From positions 49,918 through 113,917 of the forward strand of contig CAKOJJ010000001.1 in assembly GCA_934089275.1 (NCBI GenBank): 64,000 bases of DNA, written 5' to 3'. Of this stretch, positions 9,167 to 19,121 are shown in pieces (the first letter of the stretch is position 1; each line of letters starts with the position of its first letter). Both the position numbers and the translations under genes were made by a program. The stretch comes from an uncultured Bacilli bacterium. Lineage in GTDB: Bacteria > Bacillota_I > Bacilli_A > RF39 > UBA660. A model generated the notes under the pieces. That model was not told the DNA's origin. It was given only the letters and a program-made list of their open reading frames with translations, and did not search any database.

Positions 9167-10108
9167 GAACTCTTTAATTTTATCAGTATTTTTAAAATTT
9201 AATTTTGCAATATCTTTTAATTTTTCTATTCCATAATTATTAACGATCTTCACACCTGTTTGATCTACGATATCGCCAGCGCCCTTTGGAACTTTCATTT
9301 TTAATTGATCTTCCATTTTTTCCATTTCTTTAATAAAAATATATCTTGAAATAATACTTGAAACAGCAACACTTAGACACTTGTCTTCGGCATGAGTAGT
9401 AAATGTAATATTTGTAACCTTGTTCGGTGTTTCCTTAATATGCTCGTAATATTTAGTAGGAAAGCAAAATTGATCAACTACAATTTTATCATAGTTATAG
9501 TTTTTGCTTTTTAATGCAAACAAAACTTTATTATGTAATATAGCTTTTACTTTATTCATATTAGTAATTCCTAAACGATTATAATCGCTTGGAGTTAAGA
9601 TATATGTAATGTGAGGAAATTCTTTTATCAAAGTAGGTGCGATAGACATAATTTTTTCATCAGTAATTTTTTTTGAATCTCTTACTCCTAAATCATAAAG
9701 GGAAGATTTTCTACTTATATCAACAAAAGATGCTGTTACAATTATAGGACCAAAATAATCTCCAGTTCCAACTTCATCAGAACCGATAGTAGAAATATTT
9801 TTAAAACGAGTATCATTTAGTTCTTCATCTTTTTTGTCTTTTTTATCTTGCTTATCCTTTAATTCTTTTTCTAAATCACGATTATTGTTGATTCTTTCTT
9901 CTTCCATCCAATAACTTGCTTCAATATCAGCACCTATACCTTGAAACATCAATTTTCCAGATTCATATAATGTGATAACACAGTCATAATCTTTAACTTG
10001 AAACACTGAATAGGGTGGATGATTTGGAAGGGCGCGATCTTTATAAAAGTCTATTACTTTATTCTTTAAATTATCTGATATCTTAAATACGATAGTTTGT
10101 TGTTTCAT
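9152..10108 (-). CDS. rnhC: ribonuclease HIII
   Basis: N-terminal DUF3378-like domain plus the RNase HII/HIII catalytic signature GSDEVGTGDYFGPI. Confidence 0.8.
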   Translation of the reverse strand: MKQQTIVFKISDNLKNKVIDFYKDRALPNHPPYSVFQVKDYDCVITLYESGKLMFQGIGADIEASYWMEEERINNNRDLEKELKDKQDKKDKKDEELNDTRFKNISTIGSDEVGTGDYFGPIIVTASFVDISRKSSLYDLGVRDSKKITDEKIMSIAPTLIKEFPHITYILTPSDYNRLGITNMNKVKAILHNKVLFALKSKNYNYDKIVVDQFCFPTKYYEHIKETPNKVTNITFTTHAEDKCLSVAVSSIISRYIFIKEMEKMEDQLKMKVPKGAGDIVDQTGVKIVNNYGIEKLKDIAKLNFKNTDKIKEFLQIK

Positions 10109-10227
10109 GAAATCACCTGATTAAATTTTACCATAAGTAATTGCTTTTTTAAACAAAATTATATTATAATTAAAGTACTTAGAATATTAAAGAATTTTCA
10201 AAGTATAATAGTAGTGAGGGATTAAAA

Positions 10228-10965
10228 ATGTCTATATTGGATATATTAATAATAATTATTCTTGTATTTGGAATTTATCGCGGTTTCAAATATGGATTTG
10301 TAAGAAGTGCGGTATCATTAGTTGGTTCTTTATTTGTTTTTGTTGGAGCATATTATTTAAAGAATCCATTAAGTGTACTTATGTATGAAAACTTACCATT
10401 TCATACGTTTGGTGGAATATTTTCAGGAATTGCAGCTTTAAATATTATTGTTTATGAAGCCATATCATATATAATATGTTTAATTGTTTTATCGGCAATT
10501 TTGAAGATTGTAATTAAGCTTACTGGTATTATTGATAAATTGATTTCTGCGACAATAATACTTGCTTTACCAAGCAAATTAATAGGTGCATTTTTAAAAG
10601 TGTTGGAGTATTATATTTATACATTCATTGTTTTATTTGTATTAGCTTCTATTCCATTCTTTACTCCATATTTTAAAGAATCTACAATTGCCCCAGCAAT
10701 TCTTTCTAAAACACCAATTATATCTAAGATGACCAACAATGTTTATAATTCTATTATGGATATATATGATGTATGTTTAAAATATGATGGAGTATCCGAT
10801 AAAACTAAAGGTAACGAAGAATCGATAAAAATACTTTTAAAATATGATGTTATAAGTACAGAAAGCGTAAGAAAACTTAACGAAAAAGGTAAATTAAAAA
10901 TTGATAATATTGATGAAATATTAAGCGAGAAAGAAAGGAATGATAAAAATGATAAAATATCTTAA
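10228..10965 (+). CDS. cvpA: CvpA family membrane protein
   Basis: N-terminal ILDILIIIILVFGIYRGFKYGF is typical of colicin V production protein CvpA. Confidence 0.7.
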   Translation: MSILDILIIIILVFGIYRGFKYGFVRSAVSLVGSLFVFVGAYYLKNPLSVLMYENLPFHTFGGIFSGIAALNIIVYEAISYIICLIVLSAILKIVIKLTGIIDKLISATIILALPSKLIGAFLKVLEYYIYTFIVLFVLASIPFFTPYFKESTIAPAILSKTPIISKMTNNVYNSIMDIYDVCLKYDGVSDKTKGNEESIKILLKYDVISTESVRKLNEKGKLKIDNIDEILSEKERNDKNDKIS

Positions 10966-11239
10966 AAATGAAGAAGATTTCTTAGATCTAACTGCTAAAG
11001 GATGTGTATTAGTAGACTTCTTTGCAGAATGGTGTGGTCCATGTAAAATTATGGGAGAAATACTTGAAACGGTAGATGCCGACATCTTAAAAGTTAATAC
11101 TGATGAATTTCCTAATTTAGCTCAAAAATTTGGAGTAATGAGTATTCCGACTTTAATTCTATTTAAAGATGGCAGTGAAACAAATAAGATGATTGGTTTA
11201 CAATCCAAAGAAGAAATCTTAAACTTCTTAAATAAGTAA
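10940..11239 (+). CDS. trxA: thioredoxin
   Basis: WCGPC active site; 99 aa. Confidence 0.9.
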   Translation: MIKMIKYLKNEEDFLDLTAKGCVLVDFFAEWCGPCKIMGEILETVDADILKVNTDEFPNLAQKFGVMSIPTLILFKDGSETNKMIGLQSKEEILNFLNK

Positions 11240-11273
11240 TGTCAAAAAAGTGTCAAAATTTGACATTTTTTTA
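11240..11273 (+). terminator. rho-independent terminator
   Basis: tgtcaaa...tttgaca hairpin followed by a T7 run. Confidence 0.65.
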
Positions 11274-11308
11274 TTTTCTTATGCTATAATTAGCAATAGG
11301 TGAATAGA

Positions 11309-13813
11309 ATGAAGAAAGTAGAAGAAGTTATAGGAAAAATTCACGAGTTTGCCCTTGAAGACATTATGGGACTACGTTTTAGTAGATACTCAAAGTATAT
11401 TATTCAAGATAGAGCAATACCAGATGTAAGAGATGGATTAAAACCTGTTCAAAGAAGAATAATCTTTGCAATGTATCGTGATAAAAATACTTATGACAAA
11501 CAATTCAAAAAATGTGCTAACGCAGTTGGTAATGTCATGGGTAAATATCATCCACATGGTGATTCATCGATATATGATGCACTTGTTCGTATGGGACAAG
11601 ACTGGAAGCAAAATCACATTTTAGTAGAAGTATCTGGAAATAGAGGTTCAATGGATGGAGATCCACCAGCAGCAATGCGTTATACTGAAGCTCGTCTTGC
11701 TAAAATTAGCGAAGAACTTTTAAAAGATATTGATAAAAATACCGTAAAAATGGCTCCAAACTATTCAGATACTTTGATGGAACCAACTGTACTTCCAGCT
11801 AAATTTCCAAATCTTTTAGTAAACGGAAGTAATGGTATATCGGCTGGTTATGCAACAAATATTCCACCACATAATTTATGTGAGGTAATAGATGCAGTTA
11901 TCAAAAGAATTGACTCTCCAAATTGTAAATTTGAAACGATTTTAGATATAGTTAAAGGACCAGATTTTCCAACTGGCGGAATAATTGAAGGAACAGACGG
12001 TATAAAACAAGCTTTTGAAACTGGTCGAGGTAAAATAGTTATCTCAAGTAAATATGAATTTGTTCAAGAAAAAGGTAAAGATAAAATCGTTATAAGTGAA
12101 ATTCCTTTTGAAGTAAATAAACAACAACTTGTTAAAAAGATTGATGATATTAGAATTGATAATAAAGTTCAAGGTATTGCTGAAGTAAGAGATGAATCTG
12201 ATAAAGATGCTAGTGTTAGAATTGTAATAGATTTAAAATCAGGTGCCAACAAAGACCTTGTAATGAATTATTTATTAAAAAATACTGATTGCCAATGCAA
12301 TTATACATATAACATGGTAACTATTGTTAACCGTCGTCCAAAACTTCTTGGTATTGTTGGTATAATTGATGCTTATATTGCTCATTTAAAAGAAATCATA
12401 AAATTAAGAAGTGAATTCGATTTAAACGTTGCTTTAAAAGAAGTACATTACACAGAAGGACTTGTTAAAGCAATATCCATTTTAGATGAAGTTATTGCAG
12501 TTATCAGAGCAAGTAAAAATAAAGGGGATGCTGAGGCAAATTTAGTAAAAGAATTTGGCTTTAGTGAAGCTCAAGCGGAAAAAATCGTAATGTTACAACT
12601 ATATAAGCTTACTAATACAGATATCTTAGAACTACAAAACAAACTAGAAAGTTTAAATAAAATAATTGCTGGTTTAAGAGAAATTCTTGCAAATGAAGAA
12701 AAATTATCTCTTGTAGCTAAAGAAGAACTTCGTAAGATTAAACGTGAATACGGAGTTCCAAGAAAAACAGAAATTAGAGAAACTGCTAAAGAGATCAATA
12801 TTTCTGCGGAGGATTTAATTATTAAAGAAAGTGTTATGATAGTTTTAACTCATGATGGTTATATTAAAAAAGTACCAATGAAATCATATACTTCAGCTAA
12901 TGGTGATGAAACTGGTTTAAAACCTGGAGATTATGCATTAAACATTTTTGAAACAAGCACAATAAACAAAATGGCTATACTAACTAAAAAAGGAAATTAC
13001 ATTTATGTTCCAGTCAACGATATTCCTTGGTGTAAGTGGAAAGATTTAGGAAAACATATATCTAATTTAGTAACTATTTCTCCAGACGATTCGGTATTAA
13101 ATTCATTTATTGTAAACGAAAATGTCAGTGATGATAACTTGTTAATCGTTACTAAGAGTGGAATGGTTAAACGCACAAATATATCTGATTTATTTGTAAG
13201 TAGATATACGAAGTTATATACATATATTAAACTTAAAGATGACGATGAAGTTAAATTTGTTGATTATGAAAAAGAAAACACGATGATTGTTACTAAAAGT
13301 GGTTACTATATTTCTTACAAAACTACTGAAATTCCTTTATCAAGTGCTAAATCAAGTGGAGTTAAAGGAATAAACTTAAAAGAAGATGAAGTTGTTGCTG
13401 GTTTGACATATGATGATACTGATGAATACTTAAATATTTTTACAAATCAAAAAACAGCTAAACGTGTTAAATTAAATGAACTTGATCAATTATCTCGTGC
13501 TAAAAGAGGAAGTATGGTAATTAAAAAGGTAAAAACAACAAACTATGAAATTGTTTCCGCTTTAATTACCCAAACAAAAGACCAAATCGGATTATCGATG
13601 TTGGAAGATGTTGGCGAACTTAAAAATACAGATATTCCAATAATGGATCTTGCATCAACTGGTTCATCTATTGCTAAAAAGAAATTTATTTCAGCCTTTG
13701 TTTTTGCTGATATCAAGAAAGTATATTTTGATGATACAAAGAAAAAAGTAGTAAAAACTGAAAAACAAGAGAAACAAGAAAAAATGGAATTTATTGAAGA
13801 TTTCAAAATATAG
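11309..13813 (+). CDS. parC: DNA topoisomerase IV subunit A
   Basis: N-terminus RFSRYSKYIIQDRAIPDVRDGLKPVQRRI is ParC-like and no GyrA box (QRRGGKG) is present. Start moved to the ATG at 11309, which has a GGTGA RBS. Confidence 0.8.
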   Translation: MKKVEEVIGKIHEFALEDIMGLRFSRYSKYIIQDRAIPDVRDGLKPVQRRIIFAMYRDKNTYDKQFKKCANAVGNVMGKYHPHGDSSIYDALVRMGQDWKQNHILVEVSGNRGSMDGDPPAAMRYTEARLAKISEELLKDIDKNTVKMAPNYSDTLMEPTVLPAKFPNLLVNGSNGISAGYATNIPPHNLCEVIDAVIKRIDSPNCKFETILDIVKGPDFPTGGIIEGTDGIKQAFETGRGKIVISSKYEFVQEKGKDKIVISEIPFEVNKQQLVKKIDDIRIDNKVQGIAEVRDESDKDASVRIVIDLKSGANKDLVMNYLLKNTDCQCNYTYNMVTIVNRRPKLLGIVGIIDAYIAHLKEIIKLRSEFDLNVALKEVHYTEGLVKAISILDEVIAVIRASKNKGDAEANLVKEFGFSEAQAEKIVMLQLYKLTNTDILELQNKLESLNKIIAGLREILANEEKLSLVAKEELRKIKREYGVPRKTEIRETAKEINISAEDLIIKESVMIVLTHDGYIKKVPMKSYTSANGDETGLKPGDYALNIFETSTINKMAILTKKGNYIYVPVNDIPWCKWKDLGKHISNLVTISPDDSVLNSFIVNENVSDDNLLIVTKSGMVKRTNISDLFVSRYTKLYTYIKLKDDDEVKFVDYEKENTMIVTKSGYYISYKTTEIPLSSAKSSGVKGINLKEDEVVAGLTYDDTDEYLNIFTNQKTAKRVKLNELDQLSRAKRGSMVIKKVKTTNYEIVSALITQTKDQIGLSMLEDVGELKNTDIPIMDLASTGSSIAKKKFISAFVFADIKKVYFDDTKKKVVKTEKQEKQEKMEFIEDFKI

Positions 13814-13860
13814 TAATTTAAACCACTTAGTATAAATATAATATATTAGGTGGTTTTTCT

Positions 13861-14208
13861 ATGGATAAAAAAAGTGAATTTAAAAATTTTTTAGGTAAAC
13901 ATCCAGAAATACTGAAATTTATTAAAAACAAAGAAATGACTTTTCAAGATTTTTATGAAATATATGATATATATGGTGAAGAAAATGATGTATGGAGCAA
14001 ATATTTTAAAGAAGACGTTGAATCATCTTCCACTAGAGATAAAATAAGTGAGTTAACATCGATTTTTAAAAATGTCAACATGGACAATATTGAACACCAT
14101 GTAAATAACGCCCAAAAAGCCATCAGTATTATTCAAGAATTAACTAAGAAAAGTCCAGAAGTATTAACTAAAGTTGAAAGACCAATTAGTAAATTCTTTG
14201 GAGATTAA
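13861..14208 (+). CDS. hypothetical protein
   Basis: 115-aa ORF. Confidence 0.4.
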   Translation: MDKKSEFKNFLGKHPEILKFIKNKEMTFQDFYEIYDIYGEENDVWSKYFKEDVESSSTRDKISELTSIFKNVNMDNIEHHVNNAQKAISIIQELTKKSPEVLTKVERPISKFFGD

Positions 14209-14210
14209 AT

Positions 14211-14429
14211 ATGAGTATAGATGTGGTGTTAAAGCTTGAAGCCGAACAAGCGATGCATGAATATTTAATGAATCATTCATATCTTTATAAAGAATTAAAT
14301 CGTGATCCCGATTATTTTGAAACGTTCTTAAAAGAATATAAAAAGTACAAAAGAGAAGAAATGGCTAAAAAAGTAAGCGATGCTGTAGAAAACATTGAAA
14401 CCATTTCAAACATTATGAGCGTCATGTAA
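14211..14429 (+). CDS. hypothetical protein
   Basis: 72-aa ORF tightly linked to the previous gene. Confidence 0.4.
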   Translation: MSIDVVLKLEAEQAMHEYLMNHSYLYKELNRDPDYFETFLKEYKKYKREEMAKKVSDAVENIETISNIMSVM

Positions 14430-14541
14430 AATTTGCATGATGCTTTATTTTGTGATAAAATAACACACCAAAAGAAGGGGAATGAATACTATCTAAAAAG
14501 CGATAGTTTATGCATACTTAAGAATTAAAAAGGGTGAAACA

Positions 14542-15822
14542 ATGATTAAGAAAGTTATTATATTAAACAAAAAAGGTAATATTGATAGAAGTTTAGTTGT
14601 TTTTGACAGTGATTCATGTTGTGAAAAAAATCCTGAAAACACAAAAAAAATTATAACTAAATTTATGGAAGAAAAAGGAAAAAGTTACGAAGCATTGTGT
14701 TCTGATAAGGACATTATAGTTTTTAATAAAAAACAAAATTATGAACTAGCAAAAGAAGGTATAAAAAAATACATCAAATATACAGATAAAAAATTCGCTT
14801 TTATAAGTTTAACTGTTTTATTCCAATTGATAATACAAATCACTACTAGACAATTTCATTACTTTGACACTTTTCTTTTAGATATTCAAACTTTTATATT
14901 ATTGGGAATGAATGTGGTTTCTAATGGTGTTTTATTAATTTTGAATACTTTTTTAAATAAGACCCATAAGAAATATAAATTAGGCAAAAACAAACTTGGA
15001 AATCGTTTATTAGCATTATCTATTGGTCTTTCTTTATATTCGTTTATTAATTATTGTGTTCCAGTAGAAACTCTTCCATATTATTTATCTATCAAATCTA
15101 CAAATATTGAAGATTCTTATGAAAGTCGTGAGGAACAAGTTGATAAAATATTTACTGATTTATCAAATTCTCCGTATTTAGAAGATGATGAAATTGAAAT
15201 AATTAATAATTTAAAAGAATATATAGAAGAAAATCCATACATATCATTAAACGACTTGTACAAGACTCTTATGACTTTGCAAGTTAACGATAAGACTTAT
15301 GTTGGTAAAGAAGCTATAGGTGCTGTCTATGACCCTGATTTTAATACAATTTCGTATTATGGATCTCCAAGAGTGAGTAAAGAATACATTTTGGAACACG
15401 AATTTGTTCATTCAACCGGAAATTTAGAAAATCTCATTTTAAACGAAGGATATACTTCTATATTAGTTTCAGGAATAGCAGATACAGATAGAAAATTAGA
15501 TTATTATGATGAATATAGATGGTGTACAGAACAAGTAATTAAATTGGTAGGAGATGACGTTGTTCTTAAAGCATATTCTGAAGATAATCAAGCATTTTTA
15601 GACCAACAACTTGCTAGATGCTTTAAAAGCCCAGAAAACGTTCAAGAATTATATGATTTATTTGAAAGATATTCTATGCCTAATAGTAAAGTTGAAAAAG
15701 ATGTTGTAGAAGCTTTTATTTATGATAACATAACAGACGATGAAAAAGACTATTTAATTTATGTTGAGTCAATGAGTCAAACGTGTGACTTTGAACAAGA
15801 AGAGTTGCTTTTAACAAAGTAA
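14542..15822 (+). CDS. membrane protein with C-terminal HExxH (putative zinc metallopeptidase-like) domain
   Basis: Central TM helices and a C-terminal EHEFVHSTGN (HExxH) motif. Confidence 0.45.
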   Translation: MIKKVIILNKKGNIDRSLVVFDSDSCCEKNPENTKKIITKFMEEKGKSYEALCSDKDIIVFNKKQNYELAKEGIKKYIKYTDKKFAFISLTVLFQLIIQITTRQFHYFDTFLLDIQTFILLGMNVVSNGVLLILNTFLNKTHKKYKLGKNKLGNRLLALSIGLSLYSFINYCVPVETLPYYLSIKSTNIEDSYESREEQVDKIFTDLSNSPYLEDDEIEIINNLKEYIEENPYISLNDLYKTLMTLQVNDKTYVGKEAIGAVYDPDFNTISYYGSPRVSKEYILEHEFVHSTGNLENLILNEGYTSILVSGIADTDRKLDYYDEYRWCTEQVIKLVGDDVVLKAYSEDNQAFLDQQLARCFKSPENVQELYDLFERYSMPNSKVEKDVVEAFIYDNITDDEKDYLIYVESMSQTCDFEQEELLLTK

Positions 15823-15885
15823 CTTTTTTCTTGAAAAAAAATAATATCTACTCTATAATTAATAATAGAATACGAGGGTGATAAA

Positions 15886-17580
15886 GTGAAAAAGAAAAAT
15901 GGTTTTACTTTGGTAGAATTACTTGCTGTTATCGTTGTTTTAGCACTTATTATGATAGTAGTCGTGCCAAGTGTTATGAAATCAATCGGAAGCGCAAGAA
16001 AGGAATCGTTTTACTTATATGCTCAAAGTTTACAAAGTAAAGCGACTGCAAAATATACTCAAGATTTAGATTTAAACAAAAACAATACTGAATGTGCTGT
16101 ATATGATATTTCTAAAGATTTGGATATTGGTAATACCGGAAAATATGAAGGCTGGGTTAAAATTAATCGTGTAGCTGTATCTTCTGGAAATCTAGTTGCT
16201 ACTGCTTCGATTAAAAACGATAGTTTGAGTGGAGTATACTATTGTGTTACCAGTTCAGGATCATGTACTCCAAACGAAACATATTATTATGAAGAAGGAA
16301 AAACTGAAGTAAATATCAATAAAACAATAGGTGCCAACGACAAGCTTTGCTATAACTATAAATATGCTGACGCTAGTAAAACACTTAGAACAAGCAATAC
16401 AACATGTATAAGTGGGAAAGATACTGGTATAAAAGACACATATCGATATGATGTATATATTACTTTAAAGGATTCTAATTATAAAGTTGAAAATGTATTA
16501 TTTAATAAAGACATGCCAATGGAAACTTTTTATGATGAAATGCAATCCAAAGGAGATTTAAGTATATCAAGTTTAAGTTGTTCATCTAGTGGAAGTGAAA
16601 TAAAAGGAACAACAACAGTTAAAACAACAAAAGTTACTAGTCAATCGACTACAACTGATGGAACAACGAAGGTAACTACAAGTCAACAAATCGATGATAA
16701 AACTAGTCAAGTTACAACAACTACAACAACTACAAAACAAACTATTGAAGCTGAAAAGACTACAACAACAACTCGTCAAACTTATGTTATACCTTCTACA
16801 ACAATAGAACCAGAAAAAACAGCTTTACTTTTAAATACTTTAAATGTATCTGGTTATGACATATCTTTCAGTCCAATGAAATTTAGTTATGAATTAACAG
16901 TTCCAAACGGAACAGCATCACTATCTATTTCAGCAACATCTACTGATCCAAATACTGTCGTTACAGTAATAGGTGCTGACGGATTAACGATTGGATCTAA
17001 TATAATAAGAATCAATTTATCAAATCCAAATGAAAGTAAAGAAGCTAACTATTATATTCAAGTAAGAAGGTTAGATGAACTTGGAAAAATTGTAGAAGTT
17101 ACAAGAACAAATGACGCTCCTATATATAATAGAGAAGAAGGACTTCCAGACCCAACGCTTCCATCAAGTGATGCATCTCTTTCAAGCTTAACTGTTTCAG
17201 GATATATGCTAGAATTTGATAAAAACAAATACGATTATGAACTTACAATAGTAGATGCAGATACACTACCAATAAGATACGAAACAACATCTTCTAAAGC
17301 TCGTGCTTATATGGAAGGCAACGAATCTTTAAAAGACGGCTCAAAAATTAGCATATATGTTACAAGCGAAAATGGATATTACAAAAAAGCTTACACTATA
17401 ACAGTTCACACTAAAAAAGAAACAAATATAATGAGTTCATTCTTAAAATTCCTAATTGCTGGTTTAGGAGTAGTACTTCTTGCTTTACTAGTAATAATAA
17501 GTGCTAATAAAAGAACAAGTAGAATAGTAAGAAACAAAAACGATATTGTTGATACCACTAATGATAATAAAAACATTTAA
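15886..17580 (+). CDS. prepilin-type N-terminal cleavage/methylation domain protein with Thr-rich linker, cadherin-like beta-sandwich repeats and C-terminal TM anchor
   Basis: GTG start with the RBS GAGGGTG. N-terminus MKKKNG|FTLVELLAVIVVLALIM has the class III signal with E5. Also carries TTTTTTKQT low-complexity stretches, LSxLxVSGY...Y.Y modules and a C-terminal hydrophobic helix plus basic tail. Confidence 0.7.
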   Translation: MKKKNGFTLVELLAVIVVLALIMIVVVPSVMKSIGSARKESFYLYAQSLQSKATAKYTQDLDLNKNNTECAVYDISKDLDIGNTGKYEGWVKINRVAVSSGNLVATASIKNDSLSGVYYCVTSSGSCTPNETYYYEEGKTEVNINKTIGANDKLCYNYKYADASKTLRTSNTTCISGKDTGIKDTYRYDVYITLKDSNYKVENVLFNKDMPMETFYDEMQSKGDLSISSLSCSSSGSEIKGTTTVKTTKVTSQSTTTDGTTKVTTSQQIDDKTSQVTTTTTTTKQTIEAEKTTTTTRQTYVIPSTTIEPEKTALLLNTLNVSGYDISFSPMKFSYELTVPNGTASLSISATSTDPNTVVTVIGADGLTIGSNIIRINLSNPNESKEANYYIQVRRLDELGKIVEVTRTNDAPIYNREEGLPDPTLPSSDASLSSLTVSGYMLEFDKNKYDYELTIVDADTLPIRYETTSSKARAYMEGNESLKDGSKISIYVTSENGYYKKAYTITVHTKKETNIMSSFLKFLIAGLGVVLLALLVIISANKRTSRIVRNKNDIVDTTNDNKNI

Positions 17581-17586
17581 AAGGTA

Positions 17587-17615
17587 TTGACTATAAAATA
17601 GATAAAATATATAAT
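17587..17615 (+). promoter_or_regulatory. sigma-A type promoter for second pilin gene
   Basis: Consensus TTGACT-N17-TATAAT. Confidence 0.6.
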
Positions 17616-17641
17616 TAACTTAAGATAGGAAGAGGATATTT

Positions 17642-18160
17642 ATGAAAAAGAAAAATGGTTTTACTTTAGTTGAGTTACTTGCTGTTATAGTAATTTTGGC
17701 TATTATAATGATAATTGCTATACCAACAGTGCTTGAAACAATGGCAAGTGCAAGAAGAAGTTCATTTGCTCTATATATTGAAAAAATTGTAAAAGATACA
17801 ACTACTCAATATGTTTATGATTCTAATGGAGGAGCAATTGCTGGTGCTGGAAGATATGTTTATAATATCGAAAAAGATTTAGGTTATACATCTACAGGTG
17901 ATTACAAAGGATATGTAGTTGTAAATGCTGAAGACGTTGATAATCCACATTATATCGTTTATCTTTGGGATGCTAACTATATGACTCTAAGTTGGGATGT
18001 AACAGATCAAAAAATGCCAAAAGCAGATAATAAAACAGCAATTCAATCTTTAGACAAAACTCAAGTAGCTGGATTAAACGAATACGTTGCTTGTAAAACT
18101 GGTTCTTCAGCAACTGTAACTAATTGCTATAATCGCCAAGGATACAAAATTGTTGAATAA
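17642..18160 (+). CDS. type IV pilin / competence pseudopilin-like protein
   Basis: N-terminus MKKKNG|FTLVELLAVIVILAIIMIIAIP. At 172 aa it is of typical major-pilin size. Confidence 0.75.
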   Translation: MKKKNGFTLVELLAVIVILAIIMIIAIPTVLETMASARRSSFALYIEKIVKDTTTQYVYDSNGGAIAGAGRYVYNIEKDLGYTSTGDYKGYVVVNAEDVDNPHYIVYLWDANYMTLSWDVTDQKMPKADNKTAIQSLDKTQVAGLNEYVACKTGSSATVTNCYNRQGYKIVE

Positions 18161-18163
18161 AAG

Positions 18164-18188
18164 AGATACTTAGTATCTTTTTTTTTGT
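18164..18188 (+). terminator. rho-independent terminator
   Basis: agatac/gtatct hairpin followed by a T9 run. Confidence 0.7.
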
Positions 18189-18218
18189 TCTCATGATATA
18201 ATTTTTATGGTGGTAAAA

Positions 18219-19121
18219 ATGTTAATAATCGGAAGTCATGTATCATATAAAAACTCAACTCAATTGCTTGGTTCAGTTGAAGATGCAGTGTCTTATGGAG
18301 CAAATGCTTTTATGTTTTATACAGGAGCTCCACAAAATACTCAAAGAGGAGAGATAAATGATTTAGTAACTTATGAAGCAATGAAAAAAATGAAAGAAAA
18401 TGGCATTATGCTTGAAAACGTTGTATGCCATGCTCCATATATTGTTAATCTTGCAAATAATATTGATCCAGAAAAGTATGAATTTGCTAAGAATTTCTTA
18501 AGACAAGAAATAGAAAGATGTATTAAATTAGGAGTTAAAAGAATGGTTCTTCACCCAGGAAGTGCAACTAAACTTGATAGAACCGAAGCTCTAAATAACA
18601 TAATAAGAGGATTAAATTCTATTCTTTGTCCTGATGATAATATTGTAATTTTACTAGAAACAATGGCTGGTAAAGGAACAGAATTAGGAGTAAATTTGGA
18701 AGAATTAAAATATATAATCGACAATATTAAATTACAAGATAAGATAGGTGTTTGCCTTGATACTTGTCATTTAAGTGATTCGGGTGTAGATATCAGCAAA
18801 TTCGATGAATATTTAGACGAATTCGATAAACAAATAGGTATTGATAAAATAGGATGTGTTCATTTAAATGATTCCAAGAATCCAATTGGTGCTAGAAAAG
18901 ACCGTCATGAAAATTTAGGATATGGAACTATTGGATTTGATACATTAATTGATGTAGCTTATAACAAACGTCTAGAGAACATACCAAAAATGCTAGAAAC
19001 TCCTTTTGTCGATCGTGAATATTCACCATACAAATTTGAAATAGAAGAAGTAAAAAACAAAAAATTTAATCATAACTTATACGCCGATATCGTTACGTAT
19101 TATAGAGGATCAAATGAATAG
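18219..19121 (+). CDS. nfo: deoxyribonuclease IV (endonuclease IV)
   Basis: TIM-barrel Nfo pattern (HAPYIVNLA...HPG...LETMAG...CLDTCH...HLNDS). Start moved to the ATG at 18219, which follows GGTGG. Confidence 0.85.
   Translation: MLIIGSHVSYKNSTQLLGSVEDAVSYGANAFMFYTGAPQNTQRGEINDLVTYEAMKKMKENGIMLENVVCHAPYIVNLANNIDPEKYEFAKNFLRQEIERCIKLGVKRMVLHPGSATKLDRTEALNNIIRGLNSILCPDDNIVILLETMAGKGTELGVNLEELKYIIDNIKLQDKIGVCLDTCHLSDSGVDISKFDEYLDEFDKQIGIDKIGCVHLNDSKNPIGARKDRHENLGYGTIGFDTLIDVAYNKRLENIPKMLETPFVDREYSPYKFEIEEVKNKKFNHNLYADIVTYYRGSNE

Noticed and set aside
11309-13813. parC without an adjacent parE as an anomaly
   Set aside because: Separation of parE and parC occurs in various bacteria, so this by itself is not informative.
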